From the NCBI GenBank assembly GCA_963778655.1, contig CAVZVA010000010.1:1312001-1376000 (forward strand): DNA of 64,000 nucleotides, written 5' to 3'. The position numbers were made by a program, and so were the translations under genes. Every line of letters starts with the position of its first letter. Position 1 is the stretch's first letter. A model generated the notes under the pieces. That model had not been told where the DNA came from and ran no database searches. It was given only the letters and a program-made list of their open reading frames with translations. The DNA is from an uncultured delta proteobacterium (GTDB taxonomy: Bacteria; Myxococcota_A; Polyangia; Polyangiales; JAFGIB01). This document shows positions 9,461 through 18,861 of this stretch, piece by piece.

Positions 9461-10081
9461 ATGGCGTGGTTGGGCGATCGAAGGCTCGGGTTGCCGTTGT
9501 GGCTCGCGCTGTGCGGCTGCGCGGCGGCGCATGCGGGCGGCGGGGGCTCGGCCGCCGCGGCGTCACCCGGCGCGGCGAACGCAAGCGCGGGGTCGGGCGC
9601 CGCAGGCAGCGCCGGCCCGCAGGCCCGCGTCTCGGTCACCGCTGCGGCTCCCGCGTCGCCGGCGCCATCGCCGGTGACCGATGCCGGTCCGGTCGAAAGC
9701 GGGAGCGCGGGCGCCCCGGCGGTCTCGCCGGCGGGCTGCGGCGAGGGTTACGCCTTGCAGCAACTGGTCGGTGGTGCGCCCTGCGAGCAACGTGCGACCA
9801 CCGGCTGCGTCGACAACGGCGGCGGTAACCGGCGGCTGCTCGACCTCATCTCCGGGCTGCTGCTCGACTGCGACCTCACCCTCGCCGAGAATCGCATCGC
9901 GATCACGTTCGAACGCGGCTGCGCAACGGCCCTCGCCATCGAGCAACTGCAGGCGGCGGGGACCGAGCCCGAAGCCGTCGCGTGCGTGGCGCAACGTCTG
10001 GCCGAGCAGCGCTTCGATTGCATATCGCTGATCGCCAGTGGCTGCGAGGAGTACGAGGTCAGCACCCTGGCCACGCAGTAG
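9461..10081 (+). CDS. Putative Cys-rich lipoprotein/exported protein
   Basis: Hydrophobic N-terminus ending LCGC, Ala/Pro-rich linker, C-terminal domain with 8 Cys. Alternative start at 9449. Confidence 0.6.
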   Translation: MAWLGDRRLGLPLWLALCGCAAAHAGGGGSAAAASPGAANASAGSGAAGSAGPQARVSVTAAAPASPAPSPVTDAGPVESGSAGAPAVSPAGCGEGYALQQLVGGAPCEQRATTGCVDNGGGNRRLLDLISGLLLDCDLTLAENRIAITFERGCATALAIEQLQAAGTEPEAVACVAQRLAEQRFDCISLIASGCEEYEVSTLATQ

Positions 10082-10197
10082 GGCTGTGCTCGACGGTGGG
10101 TCCGCGCATCCCCGGCGGCAAGCCTCGCGCCGGGTGGACGACTCGCGGCGGTTGTCGCGCCATGGCTCGACGGCGGGTGCGGCCGCGTGGTTTCGCG

Positions 10198-11008
10198 ATG
10201 GACATCGACGAGCGGGTACGGAGCAGATACGAGCTCGGCGACGAGGATGCGAGGCTCTGGCAGCCCGGTATCGGTACCCTGGTGCGGTTGCGCACCTGGG
10301 ACATCCTCGGGCGTGCGCTGCCGGGACGCGCTCGCGTGCTCGACGTGGGCGGCGGTCCGGGGACGCACGCGGCGTGGCTCGCGCGCTCGGGACACCGCGT
10401 GCGCTTGATCGATCCACTCCCTGGTCATCTCGAGCGCGCGCGGGCTCGATCACAGGCTCAGCCGGAAGCGCCGTTCGAGGTCGAGCTGGGGCGTGGCCGC
10501 CGATCTTCAGGTCCCGGACGGCTCGGTCGACTGCGTGGTGATGCTCGGCCCGCTGTATCACCTCGTAGACCGCAGCGAGCGCCTGGCGGTGCTGCGTGAG
10601 GCCCGTCGGGCGCTGCGCGCGGGAGGCGTCCTCGCAGCAGAGGTCATCTCGCGCTTCGGATGGCTGCTCGACGCAGCCTCGAAGGGGCGTCTCGGGGATG
10701 CCGGCATGTGGCAGACGATCGAGCACTCGGTCGCGACGGGGCTGAGCCAGACGGACCCCGCGAGCATGCCGCCGGGAGCGTTTTGGGCGTATTTCCATCG
10801 TCCGGCCGAGTTGATCGAGGAGCTGCTCGAGGCGGGCTTCGAGCAACCGGTGCCGTTCGGGGTCGAGGGCTTCGCGTGGCTGCTCGGCGATCTCGAGAAC
10901 CGTCTGGTCGAGCCGGAGCCCTTGTTGCGCGCGCTGCGGCTGTGTGAATCCGAGCCGTCGATGCTGGGCGTCAGCGGTCACATCATCGGCGTTGCACGTC
11001 GCGCGTAG
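10198..11008 (+). pseudogene. Class I SAM methyltransferase split by a 1-nt frameshift (pseudogene or sequencing error)
   Basis: N-half (VLDVGGGPGTHAAWL) is in the frame of ORF 9982; C-half (DCVVMLGPLYHL) is in the frame of ORF 10493. Removing one G from GGGG at 10488-10491 restores one ORF. Confidence 0.85.
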
Positions 11009-11036
11009 CCCGCGCGCGGTTGGTCCCGGCAAGCGC

Positions 11037-11579
11037 TCAGAACGACGAGCCGGGCTGCTTCAGGAATTCGATCTCTTCCGGCGTCGAGGCGCGGCCCAAT
11101 ACCGCGTTGCGGTGGGGGAAGCGCCCGAAGCGGCGGATGATGTCTCGGTGCCGCTCGGCGTAGCCGAGCTGGTTGGACCCGGCGAGCCCAGTAAAGAGCT
11201 CGATGCAGCGGTCCTGATCGGCGAGCTCTTCGCTGTGCATGAAGGGCATGTACAGGAAGGCGCGCTGGTCTTCGGGCAGCGCGCGGTCGAAACCGCGCTC
11301 GAGCGCGCCGCGGGCCGCTGCTCTGGCGCGCGCATCGCTGGCGAACGCGCGCGGATCATCGCGGAACATGTTGCGCGAGAGCTGATCGAGCACGATCACG
11401 TAGGCGAGCGCGCCGCGCGGGCTGTCGAGCCAGTCTTCGTGGCCGCCCTGCTCGATCGCTGCGTGCAGCGCCTCGAAACGCGCGCGCAGCTCGGCGTCGA
11501 AGGCCGGGTCCTTCTTCCACCAGCGCGCGGGGTCCGCGAACCAGAACGCCAGCAACTCGTCGATGGTTTGATCAGGCAT
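11037..11579 (-). CDS. DUF924 family protein
   Basis: LAFWF...WWKKDPAFD, VLDQLSRNMFR, FLYMPFMHSE, IRRFGRFPHRNAVLGR. Confidence 0.93.
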   Translation of the reverse strand: MPDQTIDELLAFWFADPARWWKKDPAFDAELRARFEALHAAIEQGGHEDWLDSPRGALAYVIVLDQLSRNMFRDDPRAFASDARARAAARGALERGFDRALPEDQRAFLYMPFMHSEELADQDRCIELFTGLAGSNQLGYAERHRDIIRRFGRFPHRNAVLGRASTPEEIEFLKQPGSSF

Positions 11580-11582
11580 CCT

Positions 11583-12425
11583 TCACCTCCCGCGCGCCAG
11601 GACCGCCCAGGCCGCTCCGGGCAGCGCCACGCGCTCGTTCACCAGATAGGGCGCGAGCGCGTCGCGCACCGCAGCGGCGGCGCGCTGGCGGTCTTGCTCG
11701 GAGGCGTTTGCCAGCAGGCGCGCCGCCGGACCGGCGGTGAGCGCGAAGCGCGCCGCTGCGTCGAGCCCCGCGTCGGCGAGCTCGACCGCCTGGTCGACCG
11801 GCGCGATGTCGATCTCCGTGTAGCCTGCGCGCTGCAGCATGCTCTGCAGGAAGTCGCGATCGGCGAACGAAAAAGGGCCGGGGCCGGAGGCGCGGTCCTG
11901 CACGCCGAGAGGCACGTCCGGCAGCGCGGCGTGCACCGCGGCAAATGGAACGTGGGCCCAGGCGTTGTCCGCCTGGGCGCGCCAGCACACGAAGGCGATG
12001 CGCCCGGTGGGGGGCGCGGCCAGCGTCTGGCGCAGGCGTCCGAACGCGGCGGCCGGGTCGGCGAAGAACATCACGCCGAAGCGTGAGAAGATCGCGTCGA
12101 AGCTGCGGCTGAACGCGTGCTCCATCAGGTCGGCGGCGATCAGCTCGGCCGCGCGGTTGCGTTCGCGCGCACGCGCCAGCATCGGCACCGAGATGTCGAT
12201 GCCGGTCACCGAGCCCTGCGGGCCGACCCGCTCGGCCAGCGCGAGCGTGGTGTCGCCGCAGCCGCAGCCGACGTCGAGCACGTGCTCGCCGGGTCGTAGA
12301 TGAAGCCGCGCGATCGCCGCGAGCCCAAACGGGCGCACCATCCTGTCGAGCTCCTCCTGGTGCCGAAGCCAGCGCTGCCCGCCGGCCCCGTTCCAGTAGT
12401 CGAGCTGTTCCTGCGAGCTGCTCAT
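11583..12425 (-). CDS. Class I SAM-dependent methyltransferase
   Basis: VLDVGCGCG, GIDISVPML, FDAIFSRFGVMFFADP. Confidence 0.92.
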   Translation of the reverse strand: MSSSQEQLDYWNGAGGQRWLRHQEELDRMVRPFGLAAIARLHLRPGEHVLDVGCGCGDTTLALAERVGPQGSVTGIDISVPMLARARERNRAAELIAADLMEHAFSRSFDAIFSRFGVMFFADPAAAFGRLRQTLAAPPTGRIAFVCWRAQADNAWAHVPFAAVHAALPDVPLGVQDRASGPGPFSFADRDFLQSMLQRAGYTEIDIAPVDQAVELADAGLDAAARFALTAGPAARLLANASEQDRQRAAAAVRDALAPYLVNERVALPGAAWAVLARGR

Positions 12426-12716
12426 GGCCCGATTGGAGCGCGCTGGCGGCCCGGCGTCAAACCAGCGCGAGAGGCGCCCCCGGCCGAAGCGCCTCGCAGG
12501 GGCGGCCTCGGTGCCGCGAACGACCGCTGTATGCCGTCAAGCCATGGAACGCGGCCATACGGAAGCGAGCCCGCCACGCACGAGCGGTCACGATGAGGCC
12601 GTGGTGTCGATGCCACGCCCTTGGTCGCCTGATTCGGCGCTCGCCCACGGGTAGCGCGAATGCTATTGCGCCTGCGACCACGATTGGGCGGGCGGGTGCC
12701 GCGCTGAGCGCGGGAG

Positions 12717-13664
12717 CTACGCGCCCTCTTGCATCAGCTTGCGGTGATCGCGGCAAGCCTGGGCGGGGCGTTCCATGTAGGGTAGGTGGCCGCAGCCCTC
12801 GTAGAGCACGGTGCGGAAGTGCTGCAGATTGCGTTCCAGGATTTCTACCATCGAGATGTCGAGCACACGGTCCTGCTTTCCCCACATCACCAAGGTCGGC
12901 GCCGTGATCTTGTCGAGCAGCGGCTCGAGCATGGCCCAATCGTCCCAGAGCTGGGCGAAGATGGTCTCGTTGGCCTCGATCCGCGTCATGCCCTCGGAGG
13001 CGAAGATGCGTTTGAAGATCTTCGGCAGGGGCATCGCGCGCGCGAACACGTAGTCGAGCAGCACGTCGACGTCGGCGACCGAGCGCACGATCAGCGGGTT
13101 GCGACCGGCCTCGACCTGCTTCTGGTAGTCGGACTTGACCGGCATGTTCACCGCGGCGCTGTCCATCAGCAGCAGGCTCTTGACGTCCTCTGGATAGCGC
13201 GCGGTGTAGATGCCGGCGAGGCCACCGCCCATGGAGTTGCCGGCGATGTGCAGCGGCGCGAGCCCGAGCGCGTCGACGAACGCCTTCACGCGCGGCACCT
13301 GCTCGGCGTAGCCGTAGCGCTCGCCGCGCTTCCACTCGCTGTCGCCGAAGCCCGGCACGTCGAGGATCACCACGTGGTAGTCGCGCAACCCGCGCGCGTA
13401 GCTCACCCAGGTATCCTTGCTGGCGCCGAACCCGTGCAGCAGCAGCACCGTGTCGCCTTGCCCGCGCCGGCCACGCTCGGAATAGCACAGCTCGTGGCCC
13501 GCGACCTGCGTCCGCTTCAGCGCTAATCCCGCGCCGCGCCGCGCCAGCTGCTTGCCCAGGCTCATCAACCCGGCCGGCGCGACGTAGCTCGCGACCACGA
13601 AGGCGATCAAGAGGAACGCGGCCACGGCCGCGACGCCGAAGCCCAGGGTCGACCAGTGCGTCAT
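12717..13664 (-). CDS. Alpha/beta hydrolase (lipase/esterase) with N-terminal membrane anchor
   Basis: LLHGFG oxyanion motif, GNSMGG nucleophile, WGKQD, CGH. Start chosen at MTHW. Confidence 0.9.
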   Translation of the reverse strand: MTHWSTLGFGVAAVAAFLLIAFVVASYVAPAGLMSLGKQLARRGAGLALKRTQVAGHELCYSERGRRGQGDTVLLLHGFGASKDTWVSYARGLRDYHVVILDVPGFGDSEWKRGERYGYAEQVPRVKAFVDALGLAPLHIAGNSMGGGLAGIYTARYPEDVKSLLLMDSAAVNMPVKSDYQKQVEAGRNPLIVRSVADVDVLLDYVFARAMPLPKIFKRIFASEGMTRIEANETIFAQLWDDWAMLEPLLDKITAPTLVMWGKQDRVLDISMVEILERNLQHFRTVLYEGCGHLPYMERPAQACRDHRKLMQEGA

Positions 13665-13850
13665 GAGTGCTCGCTCGCGCCGGCGGCGCGGTATCCGCGA
13701 GGGTGCTTGCCGCTCGCTAGCGCGGCACCCTAGCCGAACCGCCCCTCGGCGCAAGGCAGGGTCGGTTCCGCCCTGGAATTTGGCCGCTAGCGCTCGGACC
13801 GTAGGCGCGCTACGCGCTTTAGGGCGGGGCGATGCGCTGCGAGGCGCATC

Positions 13851-14546
13851 TCACTGCGGGGTCCACAGCGGGGTTGCGCTGAACAGGCCCTGCACGAAGC
13901 CGATCTGGTAGACCAGGGTCGCGCCGAAGGCCACGCTGCCCAGGCCCGTGGCCACACCGAGCACGCGATGGACGCGCTCGAAGCGGCGGGCGGTGGCCGC
14001 GATCGGCAGCGCCAGCGCGGTGGTGATGAGGAACATGCCGGCGATGGTGCCGGTGCCGAACACCAGCAGGTAGCCCACCGCCCACCACGCGTCGCGGATC
14101 GCGCCGAGCACGAGCAACGCCACGGCCGCCGAGCCCGCCAGACCGTGGACGATGCCGACCACCATCGGCCGCAGCGCGCGCGCGCGCGGTGAGAGCGCGC
14201 CGCGGGGGTGCGGGTGTGGATGTGCGTGCGGCGTCTGTCCGCGCGCGCGCTCCCGAACCACAGCGCGCACGCTCAACGCGCCGAGCAGCACCAGCATCAA
14301 CGCCACCGACAGCTCCATGGCGAGCCCCAGGCGCGGCGGGATGACGACGCCGAACACGATGATCGCACCGCCGACCAGCAAGATGGTCAGCGTGTGGCCG
14401 AGCCCCCACAGCACGCCGATCGGCGCGGCCGCGCGCAGCGTGCGCTCGCGGCTGACGATGGTGGAGACGGCGACCACGTGATCGGCGTCGGTCGCATGGC
14501 GCATGCCGAGCAGAAAGCCGAGGCCGAGGATCGCGATCAGGCTCAT
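13851..14546 (-). CDS. Nickel/cobalt permease (NiCoT/UreH-like)
   Basis: GMRHATDADHV signature, WGLGHT, HAHPHPHP loop, VHGLAGS, multiple TM segments. Confidence 0.88.
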   Translation of the reverse strand: MSLIAILGLGFLLGMRHATDADHVVAVSTIVSRERTLRAAAPIGVLWGLGHTLTILLVGGAIIVFGVVIPPRLGLAMELSVALMLVLLGALSVRAVVRERARGQTPHAHPHPHPRGALSPRARALRPMVVGIVHGLAGSAAVALLVLGAIRDAWWAVGYLLVFGTGTIAGMFLITTALALPIAATARRFERVHRVLGVATGLGSVAFGATLVYQIGFVQGLFSATPLWTPQ

Positions 14547-14667
14547 GGTGGCGCGCCTGCAAGCAGTGGAGCCCGGCCGCGAGGCCGCGCGATGCTACGA
14601 TTGATCATTTTCGTGCCACTATTGCGCGCATCGGCGTGCGGCGCCACCCTCGTGGCGAGCTTTTTCC

Positions 14668-16260
14668 ATGGCCTACCGCGACTACGAAGCTCGAGCACCT
14701 ACTGGCTCGCTCCGGCTTCGCGTCCACGACGTTGGGCCGGCCGCGGCCGCAGACGGACCGCGGTGGCGCGCGCGCAGGGCGTGGCGGGGACTGGCTGCGC
14801 TGTTTGCGCTGGTCGGCTGCGCGGCGCCGCCCGGCACCGCGCCGAAGCCCGTGGACATCGTGCACCTCGCGGTGGCCAAGGCGCTGCCGGGACGCCGCCT
14901 CGCGCTCGCCGACTTTCGCGACCGGCTGGAAGGCGGGTGGGTGCTCGAGATGGCCGGCTACGCGTGGGGTGCCCCGACCGAGTCCAAGTACCAGGGCAGG
15001 ATGATTCCGGACGGCGATGTGCCGGCTTGGCAACCGGCACGCGTCAACGCCGCCTTTGCAGACGACAACTTCTACGCCCAGGGCCCGTACTTGAGCGCGC
15101 TCGCCGAGCAGGGCCCGTTTGCGACCATCCGCACGTTCGGCGAGCGCTTCGCGCGCCTCGATCGGCCGCTGTGGCACGCGAACGGCAGCGCATGGCTCAA
15201 CCTGCACGCCGGCATCCCGGCCCCGGCCTCGGGCCACTACGCGAGCAATCCGCACGCCGACGACATCGACTGGCTGTGCTGCGGCTCCGGCGTGCTCGGG
15301 CTGGTCACGCCCGGGCAGAGCGAGGCTGCGGTGGACCTGGCGTTTCGCGCCGGTCACGTCGTGGGCTACGGCGACGGCGTGTACCCCGGTATGGTTGCTG
15401 CCGTGATGGTCTCGGCGGCGTACTTCGCGCCGAGCGTCGAGCAGATTGTGGCCACCGGGCGGCTGGCCGCCCCCGAGGGCACCAAGACACGCCGCATCCT
15501 CGACGACGTGATCGCCTGGCACGCGCGCGATCCGGAGGACTGGACCCGGACCTGGCAGCACCTGCACGAGAAGTGGGAGAGCGGGCCGCAGAAGGGGCAC
15601 TGCCCCGATGGCTACGTGGCGCCCGCATTCAACATCGACGCCTGGCTCCACCTCGCGTACGACGTCACCGGTCTGCTGTACGGCGGCGGCGACGTCGAGC
15701 AGTCGATGCGGATCGCGATGCGCGCCGGTCAGGACAGCGATTGCACGACACCCACGGTGGGCGAAGTGTTGGGCACCTGGAAGGGGCTGTCCGGGATCGA
15801 GGATCGCTGGACAGCGGGGCTCGACCGCAGCACCCGGCTGGCCGGCACGAGCTACAGCTACGACGACGTGATCGCGCACAGCATCGACGTGGCGCGCGCG
15901 ATTCTGCTCGCTCGCGGCGGGCAGGTGGAAGCGGCCGGCAGCGGGGACGAGACCTGGGTCCTGCCCGCGGACGAGGTCGCGGCTCCGCTTCGGGAGCAGT
16001 GGCCGGCAGTCGCCAACCGCGCGCCCGAGGTGCAGGTCCAGGTGCAAGCGGGCCCCGCGCGCGAAGTGTCGTTTACGGCCTTCGCGCAAGACGGCGACGG
16101 CGTCGCGGCTTACGAGTGGTTCTTCGGCGATCTGTTTCACCAGCAAGGACCCACCGCCACCCACCGCTACCGCGAAGCAGGCCCCTACGAAGCGACGCTG
16201 TTCGTGAGCGACAACACCGGCAACGCGACCGCGCTCAGCGTCCCGGTCACGCTGCCGTGA
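14668..16260 (+). CDS. ADP-ribosylglycohydrolase-family lipoprotein with C-terminal PKD domain
   Basis: GYAWGAPTE, DDNFY, HADDIDW, GYGDGVY, GQDSDC. Lipobox LVGC. PKD tail (YEWFFGD...THRY...GPYEATLFVSDNTG). Start uncertain. Confidence 0.8.
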   Translation: MAYRDYEARAPTGSLRLRVHDVGPAAAADGPRWRARRAWRGLAALFALVGCAAPPGTAPKPVDIVHLAVAKALPGRRLALADFRDRLEGGWVLEMAGYAWGAPTESKYQGRMIPDGDVPAWQPARVNAAFADDNFYAQGPYLSALAEQGPFATIRTFGERFARLDRPLWHANGSAWLNLHAGIPAPASGHYASNPHADDIDWLCCGSGVLGLVTPGQSEAAVDLAFRAGHVVGYGDGVYPGMVAAVMVSAAYFAPSVEQIVATGRLAAPEGTKTRRILDDVIAWHARDPEDWTRTWQHLHEKWESGPQKGHCPDGYVAPAFNIDAWLHLAYDVTGLLYGGGDVEQSMRIAMRAGQDSDCTTPTVGEVLGTWKGLSGIEDRWTAGLDRSTRLAGTSYSYDDVIAHSIDVARAILLARGGQVEAAGSGDETWVLPADEVAAPLREQWPAVANRAPEVQVQVQAGPAREVSFTAFAQDGDGVAAYEWFFGDLFHQQGPTATHRYREAGPYEATLFVSDNTGNATALSVPVTLP

Positions 16261-16279
16261 GCGCGGCCGAGCGCCGCCT

Positions 16280-16969
16280 TCAATCCAGGATGAACGTGCC
16301 GTCGCGCACGCAGTAGCTGCCGCGGATTCCGGGCGGGCCGGTCTTGATCGTGGGGACGCACGAGAAGCCGTCGCCGCAGGCGCACAACGGGCCGGGGTCG
16401 CCCTCCGGGGCGTCACAGCGGCAGCTGCAGTAGACGCGCTGCTCCGTGTCGCGCGTCGAAGCGCATGACGCGACGTCGAATGACATGCCACCATCGGACG
16501 ACATACGACTGGGTTGCTGGCAATCGGGTGAGGTGTCACCCATCAGCCTGTAGATCAGGCACGCGCCCGTGGCGCACTGGTCCGAGCCTGCTTCGACGTA
16601 TGCCGTGACGTCGCTGAAGCCGTGTGCGGGCACGAGCAGCGGCGCACACGCGTCGCCGACGGTATCGGCGTGGCTCGCGCTGGTGCTGGGCAGCTTGCAC
16701 TGCGAGGGGTCGGCGGCTTGGAGCGTGCCGTCGCTGGCGGAGCTCTGCGTGTCCGAGCACAGCAGCCTCGCGATCACGCCGTCGGGCGGCACGGCGCCAG
16801 CAGTGAAGCGCGCGGCGGGTCCCGATCCATGGCACCCGAGGTACGAGTCTTCGCGGTACCAGCCGTCGCCGGCCGGCTCCTGCTGGTCGGCAGGCGCATC
16901 GACTTGCGCCACCTCGCACGTGCTCGGGTCGGATCGAAGTCGCTGGCGAGCTCCGCAGGCAGGAGACAC
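16280..16969 (-). CDS. Cys-rich hypothetical protein (myxobacterial-type), possibly 5'-truncated
   Basis: C-terminal module CATGACLIY...RVYCSCRCDAP...CACGDGFSC...GSYCV. No signal peptide; an in-frame stop lies just upstream of the GTG. Confidence 0.6.
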   Translation of the reverse strand: MSPACGARQRLRSDPSTCEVAQVDAPADQQEPAGDGWYREDSYLGCHGSGPAARFTAGAVPPDGVIARLLCSDTQSSASDGTLQAADPSQCKLPSTSASHADTVGDACAPLLVPAHGFSDVTAYVEAGSDQCATGACLIYRLMGDTSPDCQQPSRMSSDGGMSFDVASCASTRDTEQRVYCSCRCDAPEGDPGPLCACGDGFSCVPTIKTGPPGIRGSYCVRDGTFILD

Positions 16970-17055
16970 TCGTAGCCGTTGTCGCCGCCGGTCCTGCGGG
17001 TGTCAACCTGGCCACGCTCCGCGGCGGCGCGCGCTCTGCTACGCTGGGCCGCGGC

Positions 17056-18861
17056 ATGCCAGAAGCCAAAGACGTCAACGTCTCCTGGAGCGAGCTCGAC
17101 GAGGGTGTCGAGCGGCCGGCCGGTGCCGTGCACGAGCTGGTCACCCGGCGCGCGCCGTTCTTGGCGTACAACCTCGAGCGGCTCGCGTTCTGCGCGGACG
17201 GCGGGGTCATGCTGCCTTCCGCGCCGGATCTCGCCGCCGCGCCCGCGCAGCCGGCCGCAGCCGCCGGTGGCGGCCAGGATAGCGATGACGACGCCGATGC
17301 CGGCGGCGCGAGCGCAGGCACGGCGCCGAAAGCTGCGCCGCAACCCGAGCAGCCGGCCACGGGGCTGCTGTTGTTGCGCCAGCTGTTCGCGGGCCTCGAC
17401 GCGGTGGCGGGCAAGAAGTGCCTGGTCGCGGCGCACACCGATCTGCTGCAAGGCGCGCCCGCGCTCGCGCTGACCCAGCGCCGTGCCGACAACGTGGCGC
17501 TCTACCTGCAAGGCGATCGCGAGGCCTGGGCTGCGAGCTGCATGCCGTACCAGGACGTCGAGTGGCAGACGATCCTGCAGTGGGCGGCGATGCGCTTCGG
17601 CTTTCCTTGCGATCCCGGGCCAATCGCGGAGCCCCTGCGCGCCCAGGCGCGCGCTGCGCTGCGCCGCTTCCGCCTGCGCTACAACCAGGACTTCGGCGGC
17701 GATCTGCCGGAGCTCGGCGACATCTCGGCCGACGACTTCGGCGCGTTCTACGATCTGTACGACGCCTGGCTCGCGCGCGTGCTCGGCGAGGACGACCTCG
17801 ACGCCAAGCGCAAGCCGCTCAAGTTCCTCGACCCGGCGGCGATTGGTTGCGGCGCGAGCTTCCCCAATGCGCCGCCGCGCGCGCCCGGCTTTCGGGCGCC
17901 CGCGAATCGGCGGGTCGAGCTGCTGTTCTTCGACAGCGACCAGCCCAATCTCGAGCTGAAGCCGCCCGGCGTGCACGTCTATGCCTTGCGCGAGCTCGTG
18001 CCCGAGCGACTCGAGCTCGAGCCAGTGGACTGCGTGGTGCTCGAGATCGCGTTCAGCGAGAGCATCGTCGAGGCGCTGCCCGAGGGCGCCGCGCTCGAGC
18101 TGACCGGGCCGCCCGGTCCACCGCAGCGCCGCCTGCTCGCCGACGGCCAGCGTGACGGCGGCAGCATGCATTACGGCTTCGACTGGGTCGATCCCAGCGT
18201 CGCGGTGACGCTGAAGGCCAGCGCGGGCGGCCGCGAGGTCACGCTGTTCGAGCATCAGGTCAAGGGCCAGCCCGACCAGAAGATCGAGCTCTCGGGCGCG
18301 CTCGAGCTGCTGCTCGAGGACGACGTGGTTGGCGACGACGAGCAGCCCGACCCGCTGTTCAGCGGCCGGCTGCCGGAGTTTCCGGGCTCGCCCGACACCG
18401 AAGCTGATGCCGGCCCCACGCTCGAGCTGCGCCTGCACGACGAGCACAGCCGCCCGCTCGCCAACGCCCCCTTCCGCGTGCACGGAGCAGCCGCGCCCAC
18501 CGCGGGTCGCTCCGGCGCCGACGGCTTCATCCGCTTGCACCTGCCGCAGGCGTGTCCGGCCAAGCTCACGCTCGAGTGGAGCGACGGCCCGGCCGACGAG
18601 CTGCGTTTCTCGCGCGAGCTGTTCGTGGAGTGCAGCGGCAGCGATCCCGACAGCGACAAGGCGCGCCTGCACAACCTCGGCTATGACGTGGAGGGCGACT
18701 TCGAGACGGCGGTGCGCGCGTTCCAGCTCGACTATCAGGTCGACCACGAGCCCGAGCCGGCTGGGGCGCAGGGCGGCGCGCTGCCGGCCGCGAGCCGCGC
18801 GCGCCTGGCCGCGATCTTCGAAAACCCGGCGCTCGACGCCACGCCCGCGGGGCCAGCATGA
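17056..18861 (+). CDS. OmpA-C-like / peptidoglycan-binding multidomain protein with FIX/transthyretin-like module
   Basis: Degenerate OmpA_C motifs (AHTD...LTQRRADNV, IGCG, NRRVELLFF) with an insertion. LELRLHDEHSRPLANAPFRV...GRSGADG module. C-terminal PG_binding_1-like KARLHNLGY...AVRAFQ. No signal peptide. Confidence 0.7.
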   Translation: MPEAKDVNVSWSELDEGVERPAGAVHELVTRRAPFLAYNLERLAFCADGGVMLPSAPDLAAAPAQPAAAAGGGQDSDDDADAGGASAGTAPKAAPQPEQPATGLLLLRQLFAGLDAVAGKKCLVAAHTDLLQGAPALALTQRRADNVALYLQGDREAWAASCMPYQDVEWQTILQWAAMRFGFPCDPGPIAEPLRAQARAALRRFRLRYNQDFGGDLPELGDISADDFGAFYDLYDAWLARVLGEDDLDAKRKPLKFLDPAAIGCGASFPNAPPRAPGFRAPANRRVELLFFDSDQPNLELKPPGVHVYALRELVPERLELEPVDCVVLEIAFSESIVEALPEGAALELTGPPGPPQRRLLADGQRDGGSMHYGFDWVDPSVAVTLKASAGGREVTLFEHQVKGQPDQKIELSGALELLLEDDVVGDDEQPDPLFSGRLPEFPGSPDTEADAGPTLELRLHDEHSRPLANAPFRVHGAAAPTAGRSGADGFIRLHLPQACPAKLTLEWSDGPADELRFSRELFVECSGSDPDSDKARLHNLGYDVEGDFETAVRAFQLDYQVDHEPEPAGAQGGALPAASRARLAAIFENPALDATPAGPA

